A DNA stretch of 56,658 nt from a virus: the IMG/VR virus record IMGVR_UViG_3300045988_084830, positions 1 through 56,658 of that record. One strand, 5' to 3'. Shown here one piece after another: positions 9,708 through 18,518 of the stretch. Both the position numbers and the translations under genes were made by a program. Below the pieces are notes generated by a model, which was given only the letters and a program-made list of their open reading frames with translations, was not told the origin of the DNA and did no database searches. Numbering within the stretch: the first letter of the stretch is position 1; every line of letters starts with the position of its first letter.

Positions 9708-10784
9708 TTAGTAAGCCTTGATGCAGTACACGGCGTCCATGCGCTCAAAGGACGGCAGGACGATCTCGGAGACGTAGATGTTGGTGTTGACGGGATGCAC
9801 GGTCTGCTCAGTGGTAACAGCAACGCCAGTATTCACAACGGAAACCTGTGCGTTGGAGATGCCAGCCATCAGGTCGGCTTCCTCAGGGGTGGCAACATAG
9901 TACATATTGCCCAGAGAGCCAGAAGGAGCCAGAACGACATAGCCATCAGGCAAATACTTCTCGGCAGCAGCGGTCTCTTCCGGCTTGAACATCTTGTCAT
10001 ACAGGTGAATGCGGATGCCGGATGCACTTTCGATAACAGAACGTGCTTCGGAATCAACCAGCACAGCGGTGGTAGTCTTCATAACCGTCAGGAAACGGTT
10101 CTTGATTTCATCCGCAGCAATCATCTTGTGGAAAGTGTTGGTGTTCATGTAGGCATCGGTGACAATCTCACCAGTGTTTGCCAGCACGGTGTTTGCGGCA
10201 GTAGTCATCGTGGCGATGGGGGTTGCAGTGGTAGGAGCATCCCACTTCTCCTTGGTAGTCAGAGCCTTGTAATTGGACTGCTTCCAAGTGCCGTCAGGGT
10301 CGTAATCGTAGACGTAACTCACGCCGTTGGATTCGATGGAGATGCCGGGCTTGCCATCCTTGGGAGCCAGAAGCTGCCATACCATGCGCTCAGGAACGAT
10401 ACGAGCACCAGTGATAAGCTGTGCAGTATCATCGTAGACACGATTGATAACGTCTGCCGCAAACTCCTGATTGGTAGCCAGAACAGAGATAATCTTGCGG
10501 CGGTCTTCCTCGTCAATGTGAGTGCCCTCACGGAAGAACGGCATACTGGTCTCGGTCATCTTGATGCCCTGACGAGTACGGAACGTAGCCTTAGTGTCGA
10601 ACACACTAGGCTTCAGCGAAACGCCAACGCCCTTGTGACCACGCAGCCACTTCAGTTCCATGCTGACCTTCTTACGGGCAGGGAACAGAGCATCAGAAGC
10701 ATAGGGCTGCGCATTGGTCGGGTCATTCGTCCAGTAGGCGGCAATCGCAGCAGGGGAGAAGATTTCATTCAGATTCAGTGCCAT
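9708..10784 (-). CDS. Major capsid protein (lambda gpE-like fold family)
   Basis: 358 aa, preceded by a small decoration-like gene and the scaffold gene. The N-terminus (MALNLNEIFSP...) is typical of E-like capsids. Confidence 0.8.
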   Translation of the reverse strand: MALNLNEIFSPAAIAAYWTNDPTNAQPYASDALFPARKKVSMELKWLRGHKGVGVSLKPSVFDTKATFRTRQGIKMTETSMPFFREGTHIDEEDRRKIISVLATNQEFAADVINRVYDDTAQLITGARIVPERMVWQLLAPKDGKPGISIESNGVSYVYDYDPDGTWKQSNYKALTTKEKWDAPTTATPIATMTTAANTVLANTGEIVTDAYMNTNTFHKMIAADEIKNRFLTVMKTTTAVLVDSEARSVIESASGIRIHLYDKMFKPEETAAAEKYLPDGYVVLAPSGSLGNMYYVATPEEADLMAGISNAQVSVVNTGVAVTTEQTVHPVNTNIYVSEIVLPSFERMDAVYCIKAY

Positions 10785-10797
10785 AATTTAGTCCTCC

Positions 10798-11172
10798 TTA
10801 CTCGCTCTTTGCGCCAACATCAGTACGGCAGAAAACGGCGGGAACAGCCTTTTTCAGAGCGGCAATATCGTTTGCAGAATAGGTAAAGCCGGACAGCTTT
10901 GCCTTGTCCACATCAATAACGCCCTGAATCAGCAGTGCGCCATTGGGGTTGACGGCGGGGTCAACAGTGTGCAGCAGAATGCCAATGGCATCGGTAGCTG
11001 CATCAGCAGCACTGGTGCCAGTAGTGGTAGCAGCTTTCAGGCCAGTCTTTGCCATAGGATAGCCAGCCGGAACAGCATTGGTTTCCTTAACGGTAAAGGG
11101 AATGGCAACGTAGGTATCAGCAGCCAGAATAGTGCTTTCAGGAGCCGATACCGGAGTATTGGTGTACTTCAT
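10798..11172 (-). CDS. Head decoration protein-like (DUF2190-like)
   Basis: 124 aa, Ala/Thr/Gly-rich, lying between the scaffold and the E-like capsid as in D/E arrangements. Confidence 0.5.
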   Translation of the reverse strand: MKYTNTPVSAPESTILAADTYVAIPFTVKETNAVPAGYPMAKTGLKAATTTGTSAADAATDAIGILLHTVDPAVNPNGALLIQGVIDVDKAKLSGFTYSANDIAALKKAVPAVFCRTDVGAKSE

Positions 11173-11182
11173 GTTTTCCTCC

Positions 11183-11767
11183 TTAATGGAAAGCAGTCAT
11201 TGCGTCACTCGATGCCTTGCTTGCGTCTGCACGCTCCTTCGCAAAGCGTTTAGCAAAGGAAACACCTGCGCTATCCGCGCCGTCGCCATTGCCATCCGCA
11301 CCCGGAGGTGTGGGCATATCCTTCAGCAGAGAAGCCTTGTATGCGGTGTCGTGGGCGGTCATAAACTCCGACTGGAACTTAAACACCTTGTCCATGTCAC
11401 CGTCAGCCAGTGCAGATGCAGCCTTGTTGGCAAGTTCAGCGTCATAACCCTGTGCAACGAACTTCTCACGGTAAGATGCGAGGGTCTTTTCCTTGACGAG
11501 GTTTTCCTTGTCGGCAGTCAGGGCTTCAATCTGTTTCTGCATCTCTGCCATCTTGTCAGCCTGTTCCTGTGCGGCATTCTCGTCATCGGTACGCTTTGCC
11601 TTGAGCTGCTTCTTGTACTCGGCAGCTTCGCCATTGGCTTTCGTCACGGCGTTGCGCAACTTCTCAACCTCTGCGTTAGGGTCTGCAACCTTTTCAAGCG
11701 CAGAAATGATTTCATCGGCGGTCATGCCCTCTTTGTAGGCATCACCAAGCAACACATTGAGTTTCAT
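11183..11767 (-). CDS. Capsid scaffolding protein (GP20-like)
   Basis: Charged, coiled-coil-rich 194 aa with an AGGAGGA SD before the ATG at 11767. It lies between the portal and capsid genes. Confidence 0.7.
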   Translation of the reverse strand: MKLNVLLGDAYKEGMTADEIISALEKVADPNAEVEKLRNAVTKANGEAAEYKKQLKAKRTDDENAAQEQADKMAEMQKQIEALTADKENLVKEKTLASYREKFVAQGYDAELANKAASALADGDMDKVFKFQSEFMTAHDTAYKASLLKDMPTPPGADGNGDGADSAGVSFAKRFAKERADASKASSDAMTAFH

Positions 11768-11861
11768 ATCGTTAATTTCCTCCTGCGTTTTTTTACCGTT
11801 GCTTCCCTGCAACGCTGCGAAATTTGTATCCCGGCTTCCCTGCCGTGTTTATAGCAAAGGG

Positions 11862-13376
11862 TTATTCGCCCTCTGTTTCTTTATTGGTATCGGTAGACTG
11901 TTTGTCTGCCATGTCCCCGGTATTTGTGCCGGTAGCGTCCTGTTTAGGCTGTTCCTGCGGCTTCGGTGCTTTCCCATCCTCTCCCAGCTTGCCAGCGGAA
12001 ATCAGAAACGGCTTGCTCATTTCATAAGCAGCCTGCGGGTCAGGGAACAGACCGGGCGTAGTGAACGCCAGCTGCGGGTCAATAGTCTGCTGCAACATCT
12101 GCGCAAAAATCTGAACCTTGCTCTGCTGGTTATCGTACTGACGGCGTGGCAGTTTGATGTTGATGTCACTCGCCATCAGCTTAGAACCAGCCGTATCACG
12201 CAAGATTTTCAGCATTACAGACAGGCTTTGACGCTCAGCGTACTTGAACATATTCTCGTACTGCTGCGCCCTTGCTTCGGTGTGATTCCAACCATTACGA
12301 ACGATGACTGCGCCCACGTTGTCGGACGTTGCGTTCTCGCTGCCAGTGGCACTAGGCATGGCAGTCAGACTGCGGTACACGTTCAACATAGAATCAAGCA
12401 GGGTCTGGCTCTGCTGCTGGTCAAGCTCGTTTGCAATCTGCGATACAGAAGCGGGCAGACCAGAAGTGGATTTCAAGCACATTGCGCCAAGTTCCTTCAC
12501 TTGGTCAAGCGCGTCCTTGTCCACAAGGCAGTTGGTAAACACCATGATGGACTGGATGAACTGCGCCACGCCGTCCAAACGGTTGCTTTCAAGGTCGTTG
12601 ATGGCATCCAGCACAGGGATAGCCGGTTCAAACAGCCCCATACGCTCCGGGTTCAGCTTGTATTCGACCATCGGCAACATTCCGAGAGAGTGATTCTCAG
12701 ACTTTGTAACCTTGCCGTTGTCGATTTCAAAGTACTGGTTTGGCGTATACACGCAAATCAGGTCATTCAGATCGTTCTGATAATTGCGTGGGATGTGCAG
12801 CACGTTGGCGATGGGCTTGTGGCCGATGCCGGAGTTGTAAATCACATACGCCATGTCCGGGTCTGGAACGTCCACCAGCAGGGGCGTTTCGTCTGGGTAG
12901 TTGCCGTTGTACCCCTTGTCTGGAAGAACAATGCGGTATCCCTGTCCGCACTCCAACATCCACTGCCAGAGCCGCCGATCAAGCGCATCCTTGCCCTCAT
13001 ACTGCAAAGCATTGGACAGACGGGCGATTTCCTCACCATCACCTGTTGCCGTTTCAGACCGTACATAAGAGCAAGGAGTGCCGCTCATGTAGCCTGTGTA
13101 GAAGCCCACGCACTCGTTGGCATGGTTCTCTACAATGCGGTTGGTGATTTCAGCGTGGTATTCCTTTGTGCGATGGAGGACAGGCTGGCTACCCAAGTAG
13201 TAGTTGTGCAGAAAGCGAATCTCGTTCTTGTTCAGCAGATGAATAGGCTCTGCTTTGCCCATGACCACTTTCAGCACGTTTGCCCGATTGATTTCCGTCT
13301 CCGGCGTTTCAATCGGTCTACGTCCGGTCAGTGGCTCATTCAAAAAGCCGTCAACAACTATCTGATACTCAGCCAT
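11862..13376 (-). CDS. Portal protein (SPP1 gp6-like)
   Basis: 504 aa from the ATG at 13376 (GGAGGA SD). Correct size and position downstream of TerL. Confidence 0.85.
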   Translation of the reverse strand: MAEYQIVVDGFLNEPLTGRRPIETPETEINRANVLKVVMGKAEPIHLLNKNEIRFLHNYYLGSQPVLHRTKEYHAEITNRIVENHANECVGFYTGYMSGTPCSYVRSETATGDGEEIARLSNALQYEGKDALDRRLWQWMLECGQGYRIVLPDKGYNGNYPDETPLLVDVPDPDMAYVIYNSGIGHKPIANVLHIPRNYQNDLNDLICVYTPNQYFEIDNGKVTKSENHSLGMLPMVEYKLNPERMGLFEPAIPVLDAINDLESNRLDGVAQFIQSIMVFTNCLVDKDALDQVKELGAMCLKSTSGLPASVSQIANELDQQQSQTLLDSMLNVYRSLTAMPSATGSENATSDNVGAVIVRNGWNHTEARAQQYENMFKYAERQSLSVMLKILRDTAGSKLMASDINIKLPRRQYDNQQSKVQIFAQMLQQTIDPQLAFTTPGLFPDPQAAYEMSKPFLISAGKLGEDGKAPKPQEQPKQDATGTNTGDMADKQSTDTNKETEGE

Positions 13377-13467
13377 GTGTTCCTCCTTTCCGGCAAAATA
13401 AAAAGCGCAGCAAGACAAACCTGTTAAGGTCTATCTCACTGCGCCAAAACTGCGCTTCAAAAGCTAT

Positions 13468-13650
13468 TCACTTTTCCGGTGGATGGATAATTTTCACCCA
13501 TCCTTCCCTTGTGTCTCCTTCGATAACACCCTTGCATCTGTCGCACTTGAAATGGTATCGTCCGTCTACTTCGCCAAGATAGCGATTGCAGCGAACGTTC
13601 TTATAGATTGGGTTTTGCCTGATACAAGGGCAACAGATTCTAACTAACAT
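13468..13650 (-). CDS. Small zinc-ribbon protein
   Basis: 60 aa with CPC...C and KCDRCKG pairs, and an SD (aaaggag) upstream. Confidence 0.5.
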   Translation of the reverse strand: MLVRICCPCIRQNPIYKNVRCNRYLGEVDGRYHFKCDRCKGVIEGDTREGWVKIIHPPEK

Positions 13651-13813
13651 GAGCGCTCCTTTCGTTGGATTTCTGGAAACAGGCTGTTGAGCACAGACCT
13701 GTTGGAAGCTACTGGGAAACTGTTCGCACTTCCAGCCGTGCTATTTTCCGCCCCGGAAAACCTTCACAGTCTTTCTGTTTGCCGGACAGGCAATGGTTCG
13801 GACTGCGATTCGG

Positions 13814-13883
13814 ACGCGGAAGCCGGATTTGAACCAGCGACCTCTTGGCAACCAAGCGAGCTACCTGACTGCTCCACTCCGCG
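13814..13883 (-). tRNA. tRNA-like element resembling initiator tRNA-Met, with a truncated anticodon arm (5-bp stem, 3-nt loop)
   Basis: Hand fold: acceptor CGCGGAG/TTCCGCG, D arm GAGC-AGTCAGGTA-GCTC, variable loop AGGTC, T arm GCTGG-TTCAAAT-CCGGC. The anticodon arm is only CTTGG-TTG-CCAAG. Total length 70 nt. Confidence 0.5.
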
Positions 13884-14012
13884 ATAGACCCGGCTTACTT
13901 TACCGCTGCTCTTTGCAAAAGGAGAAAATTCAAAAAAGCCTTTTGCATCGAGAGCCGGGAATAGCGGTGAGGTGTCAAAAGAGAAATCCCATGCAAAGCA
14001 AGAGGATAGTTG

Positions 14013-14089
14013 TGCTGCGTAGCGGGTTTGAACCGCTTCGTGTCAGTTGGGGGAGTACAAACAACGTTCCGTCCACTCGGAAACGCAAC
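14013..14089 (-). ncRNA. Second tRNA-like element (77 nt) with a non-canonical anticodon region
   Basis: 7-bp acceptor GTTGCGT/ACGCAGC, T arm AGCGG-TTCAAAC-CCGCT, D-like arm TCCG-AGTGGA-CGGA. No clean 5-bp stem with 7-nt loop can be drawn. Confidence 0.3.
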
Positions 14090-14296
14090 ATATAATCCCC
14101 ACGACAGAGAAAGGCGGCTGTCGTGGGTGAGTAAGAAAGGAGGGTATTACACAACAAGCGGCGAGTAAAAATGACTTAAAAATCTCGCCATCGCAATACC
14201 TAGAGGAAGCTGCAAATCTTCCTGGTACTATTGTAAGCCATGTCAACAGGCAAATCAAATTTTAATGCCTACGAATCCGGCTATTTAGGGGAATTA

Positions 14297-15976
14297 TTAA
14301 AATGGCCTCTTGACAGGCTCAATTTTGCTGATTCCGTTATACAGTTCATCGGCAAGCTGTGCCAGACTGTCCGGTGCATCATCGTGCGGAACTTTGCCAA
14401 GCTGCGTGAACATCGTCACCTGTTCCATGAACGCCTTGTACTCTTTCGACTGGTGTTTTTCGTCAAGGAAATAGAACCGTTTGATGTCCGGCGCATACTG
14501 GATGATTCTTGACAGCTTACTTTGTCCGCTGGGTGCACGTTGGCTGCGGACAGAGCAGTGATAGCCCTGCTGCCTAAGCTGGCTGTCTACCACATCACAG
14601 TATTCGTCGCCGCCGTTGTTGGCTTCGCCACGCACCACATTGATTTTATGCTGGATGATTTTACCCACAACTTCCGGTCTTGTCACGGTCTTATCGCCGT
14701 TATTGAACACGAGATCAGGGATGAACACGGCATCGCCGTACACATAGGCGATAGGACAGGCGGTGAAGTCGCCGCCGCCCCATGCAATGTCCATGACCAT
14801 GAGCTTGCGATCAGGCTCTCCATCAGGCAGAACGCCGTTGAAATACCGCAGTTCATCGGCAGGGAACAGCAGACCTTCACGCTCAACAGGTTGGTTCATG
14901 TACAGTGCTTTCCAACTCATTTCATCCATGACTTCGCGTTGCTTTCGGAGCGTTTCTGTGCTATATCCTACACCATAGTCATAATCGAAGTTGGATTCGT
15001 CTTTTTCGTTCATTGCTGGCATAACAATGAATCTGTTCCTGTCGGAATCGCCGTAGTTTTGCTCTAATCGTCCGATAACATCATGGACAGACCAGCGTGT
15101 AGCAATATGCAGTTCCTTGCACTTGTTGCCGATTTTACGCTGTCTAAGGTCGGTAGTGTACGTTTCCCACAGCTTATCAAGGCGGGGTTTAGAGAGCGCA
15201 ACCTCAATGCCAGACACAAGGTCATCGCAGTAGAGAAGCGTAGATGCGCGGTACAGACCAGCATTGCCAGTTCCAATAGACGTAAATTCAAGCGTTTCAA
15301 AACGCTTTCTCTTGCCTAAGTCAATTCGGCAGTCCTTCGCATTGGTGTTCGACACGGCAACGTCCGGGAAAACATCGTTCCACAGATACTCTCCGTCCTT
15401 GTCGAATATACGCAAACATTCGTCATAAACGCCACGAACAAAGCTGTTCGAGTGAGAGCCTGTAAGCATCGGTTCGTCAGGGTTTCTTCCAGCAAGCCAT
15501 GTCAGATAGAAAATAGCTAGAGCCGTCTTACCGCAGCCGGGGGGCATGGAGATTGCCAGCAAGTCCAGTCTGTCATCCGCAAGGTCTTGCAGGGCGTTCG
15601 CAACGGTTCTTAACACCTTTCTTCTCGGCTGATAGAACTTCTTCTCTGGCGCACGATTCCATTCAAGGTAGATGCAATAGCTATCAAACACGTCTTTTGC
15701 TTCAAACAGGTACGTCCGACCGATAATGTCATAAACCTTCGCCACGTCCTCGCCTGTTTTCATCTTGCCCATTATGGCTGCACAAACAGAACGCAGCTCA
15801 CCAGAGTATTTGTAGGCATCGAACCGCTTGTCCTGCGGCAAAGCGTCTCTCAGGTTTACCACCGCCTGAAACCAGTCCTCGTAGACCTGTGCTTCGGTCG
15901 GATTCTGCTTTGCATACGCTTTGATACTGTCTATGATGGCGATACACTGCTTTGGCTGCATAAAAAAAATAGGCAC
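14297..15976 (-). CDS. terL: Terminase large subunit
   Basis: 559 aa with Walker A-like PPGCGKT and a C-terminal nuclease-type region. An alternative ATG start lies at 15961. Confidence 0.9.
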   Translation of the reverse strand: MPIFFMQPKQCIAIIDSIKAYAKQNPTEAQVYEDWFQAVVNLRDALPQDKRFDAYKYSGELRSVCAAIMGKMKTGEDVAKVYDIIGRTYLFEAKDVFDSYCIYLEWNRAPEKKFYQPRRKVLRTVANALQDLADDRLDLLAISMPPGCGKTALAIFYLTWLAGRNPDEPMLTGSHSNSFVRGVYDECLRIFDKDGEYLWNDVFPDVAVSNTNAKDCRIDLGKRKRFETLEFTSIGTGNAGLYRASTLLYCDDLVSGIEVALSKPRLDKLWETYTTDLRQRKIGNKCKELHIATRWSVHDVIGRLEQNYGDSDRNRFIVMPAMNEKDESNFDYDYGVGYSTETLRKQREVMDEMSWKALYMNQPVEREGLLFPADELRYFNGVLPDGEPDRKLMVMDIAWGGGDFTACPIAYVYGDAVFIPDLVFNNGDKTVTRPEVVGKIIQHKINVVRGEANNGGDEYCDVVDSQLRQQGYHCSVRSQRAPSGQSKLSRIIQYAPDIKRFYFLDEKHQSKEYKAFMEQVTMFTQLGKVPHDDAPDSLAQLADELYNGISKIEPVKRPF

Positions 15977-16072
15977 CCCCTACCTGAAAATGTAAAGAGT
16001 GCCTACAACTGCACAAAAATTAAATATTCGGTTTTATAATGCGATTTCAGAAAATTTCTTTCTCAAAATCAA

Positions 16073-16390
16073 TTAAAAGAACTGCCCGACCGTTTCTAAC
16101 CCTTTTTCTACCTTCTTCATTATGCTGTTTTCGGAGAGATACTCCATGCCTTTTAAGGTAATCTGCGGGTGAATCGGCTCTACAATATGCGGGAACTTGT
16201 TCGTCAGGTCTTGCGTGTAGACCAGGCCGCGAATAAAACCGTTCATTTGCAGCTCGATCATAATCTGCTCCCAATCAGAGACCTTCATCTTCATTGCTTT
16301 TGCAGAGATAAGCTCATAGTCAAATTCTTCATCGCCCTTGTGCTTATCCAGCAGTTTGAGAATCTTGTAAATAGCATTAAAGTTGTCCAT
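16073..16390 (-). CDS. YjcQ family protein
   Basis: MDNFNAIYKILKLLDK...ITLKGMEYLSENSIMKK matches the YjcQ pattern. Confidence 0.65.
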   Translation of the reverse strand: MDNFNAIYKILKLLDKHKGDEEFDYELISAKAMKMKVSDWEQIMIELQMNGFIRGLVYTQDLTNKFPHIVEPIHPQITLKGMEYLSENSIMKKVEKGLETVGQFF

Positions 16391-16402
16391 GAGCTACTCC
16401 TT

Positions 16403-16978
16403 TCACCTGTTCTGTTCAGCAATCCGATACCATGTCTGGCGGGTCACGCCAAGCTGCTTGGCAGCATCCGTGACCGTGAGAATGCGCTTCTCCACCTGTT
16501 CGTGAAGAACGTCAAAAAGATTTCGGTCATACTCGGTTGGCTTGCGGCCTTCCCTGTAATCAGGGCGCTGACTGGCAATGTTCTTGCCCTCTTTGGTGCG
16601 CTCAACAATCATGTCACGCTCAAACTCTGCAAAGGCAAGCATAACGTTACGAATCAGTTTTCCGGTCGATGTATTGTTCATCAGACCCATATTCAGAATG
16701 TTCACGGACACGTCTTTTGCAAGCAAGCTGTCAATAATTTCAATGCCGCCCTTCACGGAACGAGCAATACGGTCAAGCTTCGCCACGATCAGCGTGTCTC
16801 CCGGTTGGATTTCAGCCATCAGCTTGTCCAATTCAGGGCGATGCAGCTTCGTGCCAGTGTAAACATCAGAAAAGATTTTCTGTGCGCCGTTGGCTTTCAG
16901 AAGTTCCGACTGGGCTTCAAGACTGTTGCCATCAATCGCCTGACCGGCGGAACTGACACGAGCGTAACCGTAAATCAT
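16403..16978 (-). CDS. Small serine recombinase (resolvase/invertase family)
   Basis: N-terminus [13 protein letters not shown] holds the catalytic Ser motif. It has a C-terminal HTH and is 191 aa long. Confidence 0.9.
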   Translation of the reverse strand: MIYGYARVSSAGQAIDGNSLEAQSELLKANGAQKIFSDVYTGTKLHRPELDKLMAEIQPGDTLIVAKLDRIARSVKGGIEIIDSLLAKDVSVNILNMGLMNNTSTGKLIRNVMLAFAEFERDMIVERTKEGKNIASQRPDYREGRKPTEYDRNLFDVLHEQVEKRILTVTDAAKQLGVTRQTWYRIAEQNR

Positions 16979-16996
16979 TCAGGTTCACCGTCCTTT

Positions 16997-17314
16997 TCAA
17001 AGCGTGGATTTTTCCTTAAGTTCTTTTGCTTTTCGAACAAAATAATCGTTCTTAAATTCTTCCAGGCCATCATCAACCAAGTAGCAGCCGTCTTTTACAG
17101 GTTCATCACTTTTCGGCTCGATTACAACACGATAACCAAGCAACCAGCAAAATTTCACGAGAGTTTTAACCGAAAGGCCGTTTCCCCTCAATCTTTCAGT
17201 CACGCAAGAAGGACGTTCCTGTCCAAGTTCGTTCGCCCACCAAGCCCAAGTCTTGTGCGGGTTTCCAGCTCTAGCGTAATCTATCAACTCTTTGACAATT
17301 TTATTGCTTTGCAT
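16997..17314 (-). CDS. HTH-like regulator, first gene behind the operator-bearing promoter
   Basis: ATG at 17314 with an SD. The segment ...SVKTLVKFCWLLGYRVVIEP resembles an XRE-type C-helix. Confidence 0.45.
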   Translation of the reverse strand: MQSNKIVKELIDYARAGNPHKTWAWWANELGQERPSCVTERLRGNGLSVKTLVKFCWLLGYRVVIEPKSDEPVKDGCYLVDDGLEEFKNDYFVRKAKELKEKSTL

Positions 17315-17340
17315 ACAGGCATCCTCTCTTTCTTGATGCC

Positions 17341-17382
17341 ATTGTAACACTTTTTAATGTAACTGTCAACACTTTTTAGTGT
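17341..17382 (-). promoter_or_regulatory. Promoter TTGACA-17-TACAAT with two ACACT-N5-GTGT operator copies
   Basis: On the minus strand, -35 is at 17369..17364 and -10 at 17346..17341. Operators lie at 17347..17360 and 17369..17382. Confidence 0.55.
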
Positions 17383-17420
17383 AAGCAAAATTAGTTCTAT
17401 GCTTATATAATATATAAATA

Positions 17421-17452
17421 TACTCTAGTATGTATTTATACATACTAGAGTA
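17421..17452. repeat. 32-bp palindrome (15-bp perfect arms, 2-nt TT centre); candidate serine-recombinase crossover site
   Basis: TACTCTAGTATGTAT-TT-ATACATACTAGAGTA, read directly, within AT-rich divergent intergenic DNA. Confidence 0.5.
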
Positions 17453-17549
17453 GTATAAGAATGTTTACTTAGTTAATCACAATCAGGTAGAAAATTTTCT
17501 ATAATAAGGAGTAATTCTTCCAAACTTCATTTCCGTAAAACTTTGGGTC

Positions 17550-17578
17550 TTGACAAGCATATTTTCACGCTTTATACT
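17550..17578 (+). promoter_or_regulatory. Sigma-A-type promoter TTGACA-17-TATACT
   Basis: Exact hexamers with a 17-nt spacer, upstream of the RHH gene. Confidence 0.6.
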
Positions 17579-17605
17579 TGTTTCAGCGAAAGCGAGGTGA
17601 TAAGC

Positions 17606-17785
17606 TTGGCAAGACGGGCAGAAACCTCGGAACGTGATAAGCTGCGCATGATAAGCACCCGGCTCACGGAGAGCCAGATCGCAAGCATGGAGAGCAGCGC
17701 AAAGGCATTGGGTATCTCAAAGGTCGATGTTATCCGCATGGGTATCGAGTGGGTAGCATCCTACGTTGAAAGCATCAAGGCATAA
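17606..17785 (+). CDS. Ribbon-helix-helix (CopG/Arc-like) protein
   Basis: TTG start 5 nt after GAGGTGA. RMISTRLTESQ...VDVIRMGIE fits an RHH pattern. An alternative ATG lies at 17648. Confidence 0.55.
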   Translation: MARRAETSERDKLRMISTRLTESQIASMESSAKALGISKVDVIRMGIEWVASYVESIKA

Positions 17786-17938
17786 AAAAATAAGCTACCA
17801 GCCGCAACCACCACGAAGCCACTGATAGCTTATCCACATCACGAAACGAGAACCTGCAACCACCAAGGGGGCAGTCTCCCTTTTCGGAATCTATTATACC
17901 AAAAAGGGCTGCTCTCCGCAAGAGTTAGGAGAAAAAAC

Positions 17939-18097
17939 ATGAACTTTCCCACGACAACCGAAGAATTTCTGAAAGCCTTCGCACACGGCAAAGAGCCGAC
18001 CAGCGAGGACAGGGAGTACGCAGAAGCACTGGGTAAGCTGTCAGAACTGAACTACCGGGCAGGGTACGAAGCGGGAGCGACCAAAAATAAGGGCTGA
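17939..18097 (+). CDS. Hypothetical small protein (52 aa)
   Basis: Manual ORF MNFPTTTEEFLKAF... preceded by an SD (aggag). It falls below the ORF-track size cutoff. Confidence 0.35.
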   Translation: MNFPTTTEEFLKAFAHGKEPTSEDREYAEALGKLSELNYRAGYEAGATKNKG

Positions 18098-18165
18098 GTT
18101 TTGTGCAAATCTACAAACTTTTGGATTTTGTACAAATACCAGTACTACATTAAGCGTTTGCGTAA

Positions 18166-18194
18166 TTGACAAACCACAACATATTGCGTATACT
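18166..18194 (+). promoter_or_regulatory. Sigma-A-type promoter TTGACA-17-TATACT
   Basis: Same hexamers as the promoter at 17550, with a 17-nt spacer. Confidence 0.55.
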
Positions 18195-18224
18195 GGTTGC
18201 ACCCACATGAAGGGAGGTGAGTTT

Positions 18225-18401
18225 ATGTATAGTCCTTATCTTGAACGCCACAATCACACGTTCACTGTTGCGCTGACCGAACGGCAGTTCCAGTGGCTGA
18301 AAGCCTATTGCACTGAGCACAAGGTCGCACAGGCCGCAGCCATCCGTGACACGTTCTTTGAGGTGCATCCCATCCCGGAGAACGATGAAAACGAAAAATG
18401 A
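18225..18401 (+). CDS. Hypothetical small protein (possible RHH-like)
   Basis: ATG at 18225 follows GGGAGGTGA. 58 aa. Confidence 0.5.
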   Translation: MYSPYLERHNHTFTVALTERQFQWLKAYCTEHKVAQAAAIRDTFFEVHPIPENDENEK

Positions 18402-18518
18402 TACGTCCGCTGCTGTCGGCAAACTTTAGCGAACGTATCATAAACCACACTGGAACAAGCTGTTCCAGCCTTATTATAGCAGGAATTGGCTTGTTCCGCA
18501 AGAACTATAGGAGTTTTT

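Noticed and set aside
13814-13883. The tRNA-like sequence might mark an attP core for integration into a host tRNA gene.
   Set aside because: No integrase is encoded and the element contains both tRNA ends rather than a 3' fragment. It also lies inside the late operon, so attP seems unlikely, although a BLAST against host tRNA genes would settle it.
16403-16978. The serine recombinase might be a Gin/Cin-type invertase switching tail-fibre genes.
   Set aside because: The fibre genes (53687..56163) are about 17 kb away around the circle. I also saw no inverted crossover-site pair flanking them, so resolvase function fits better.
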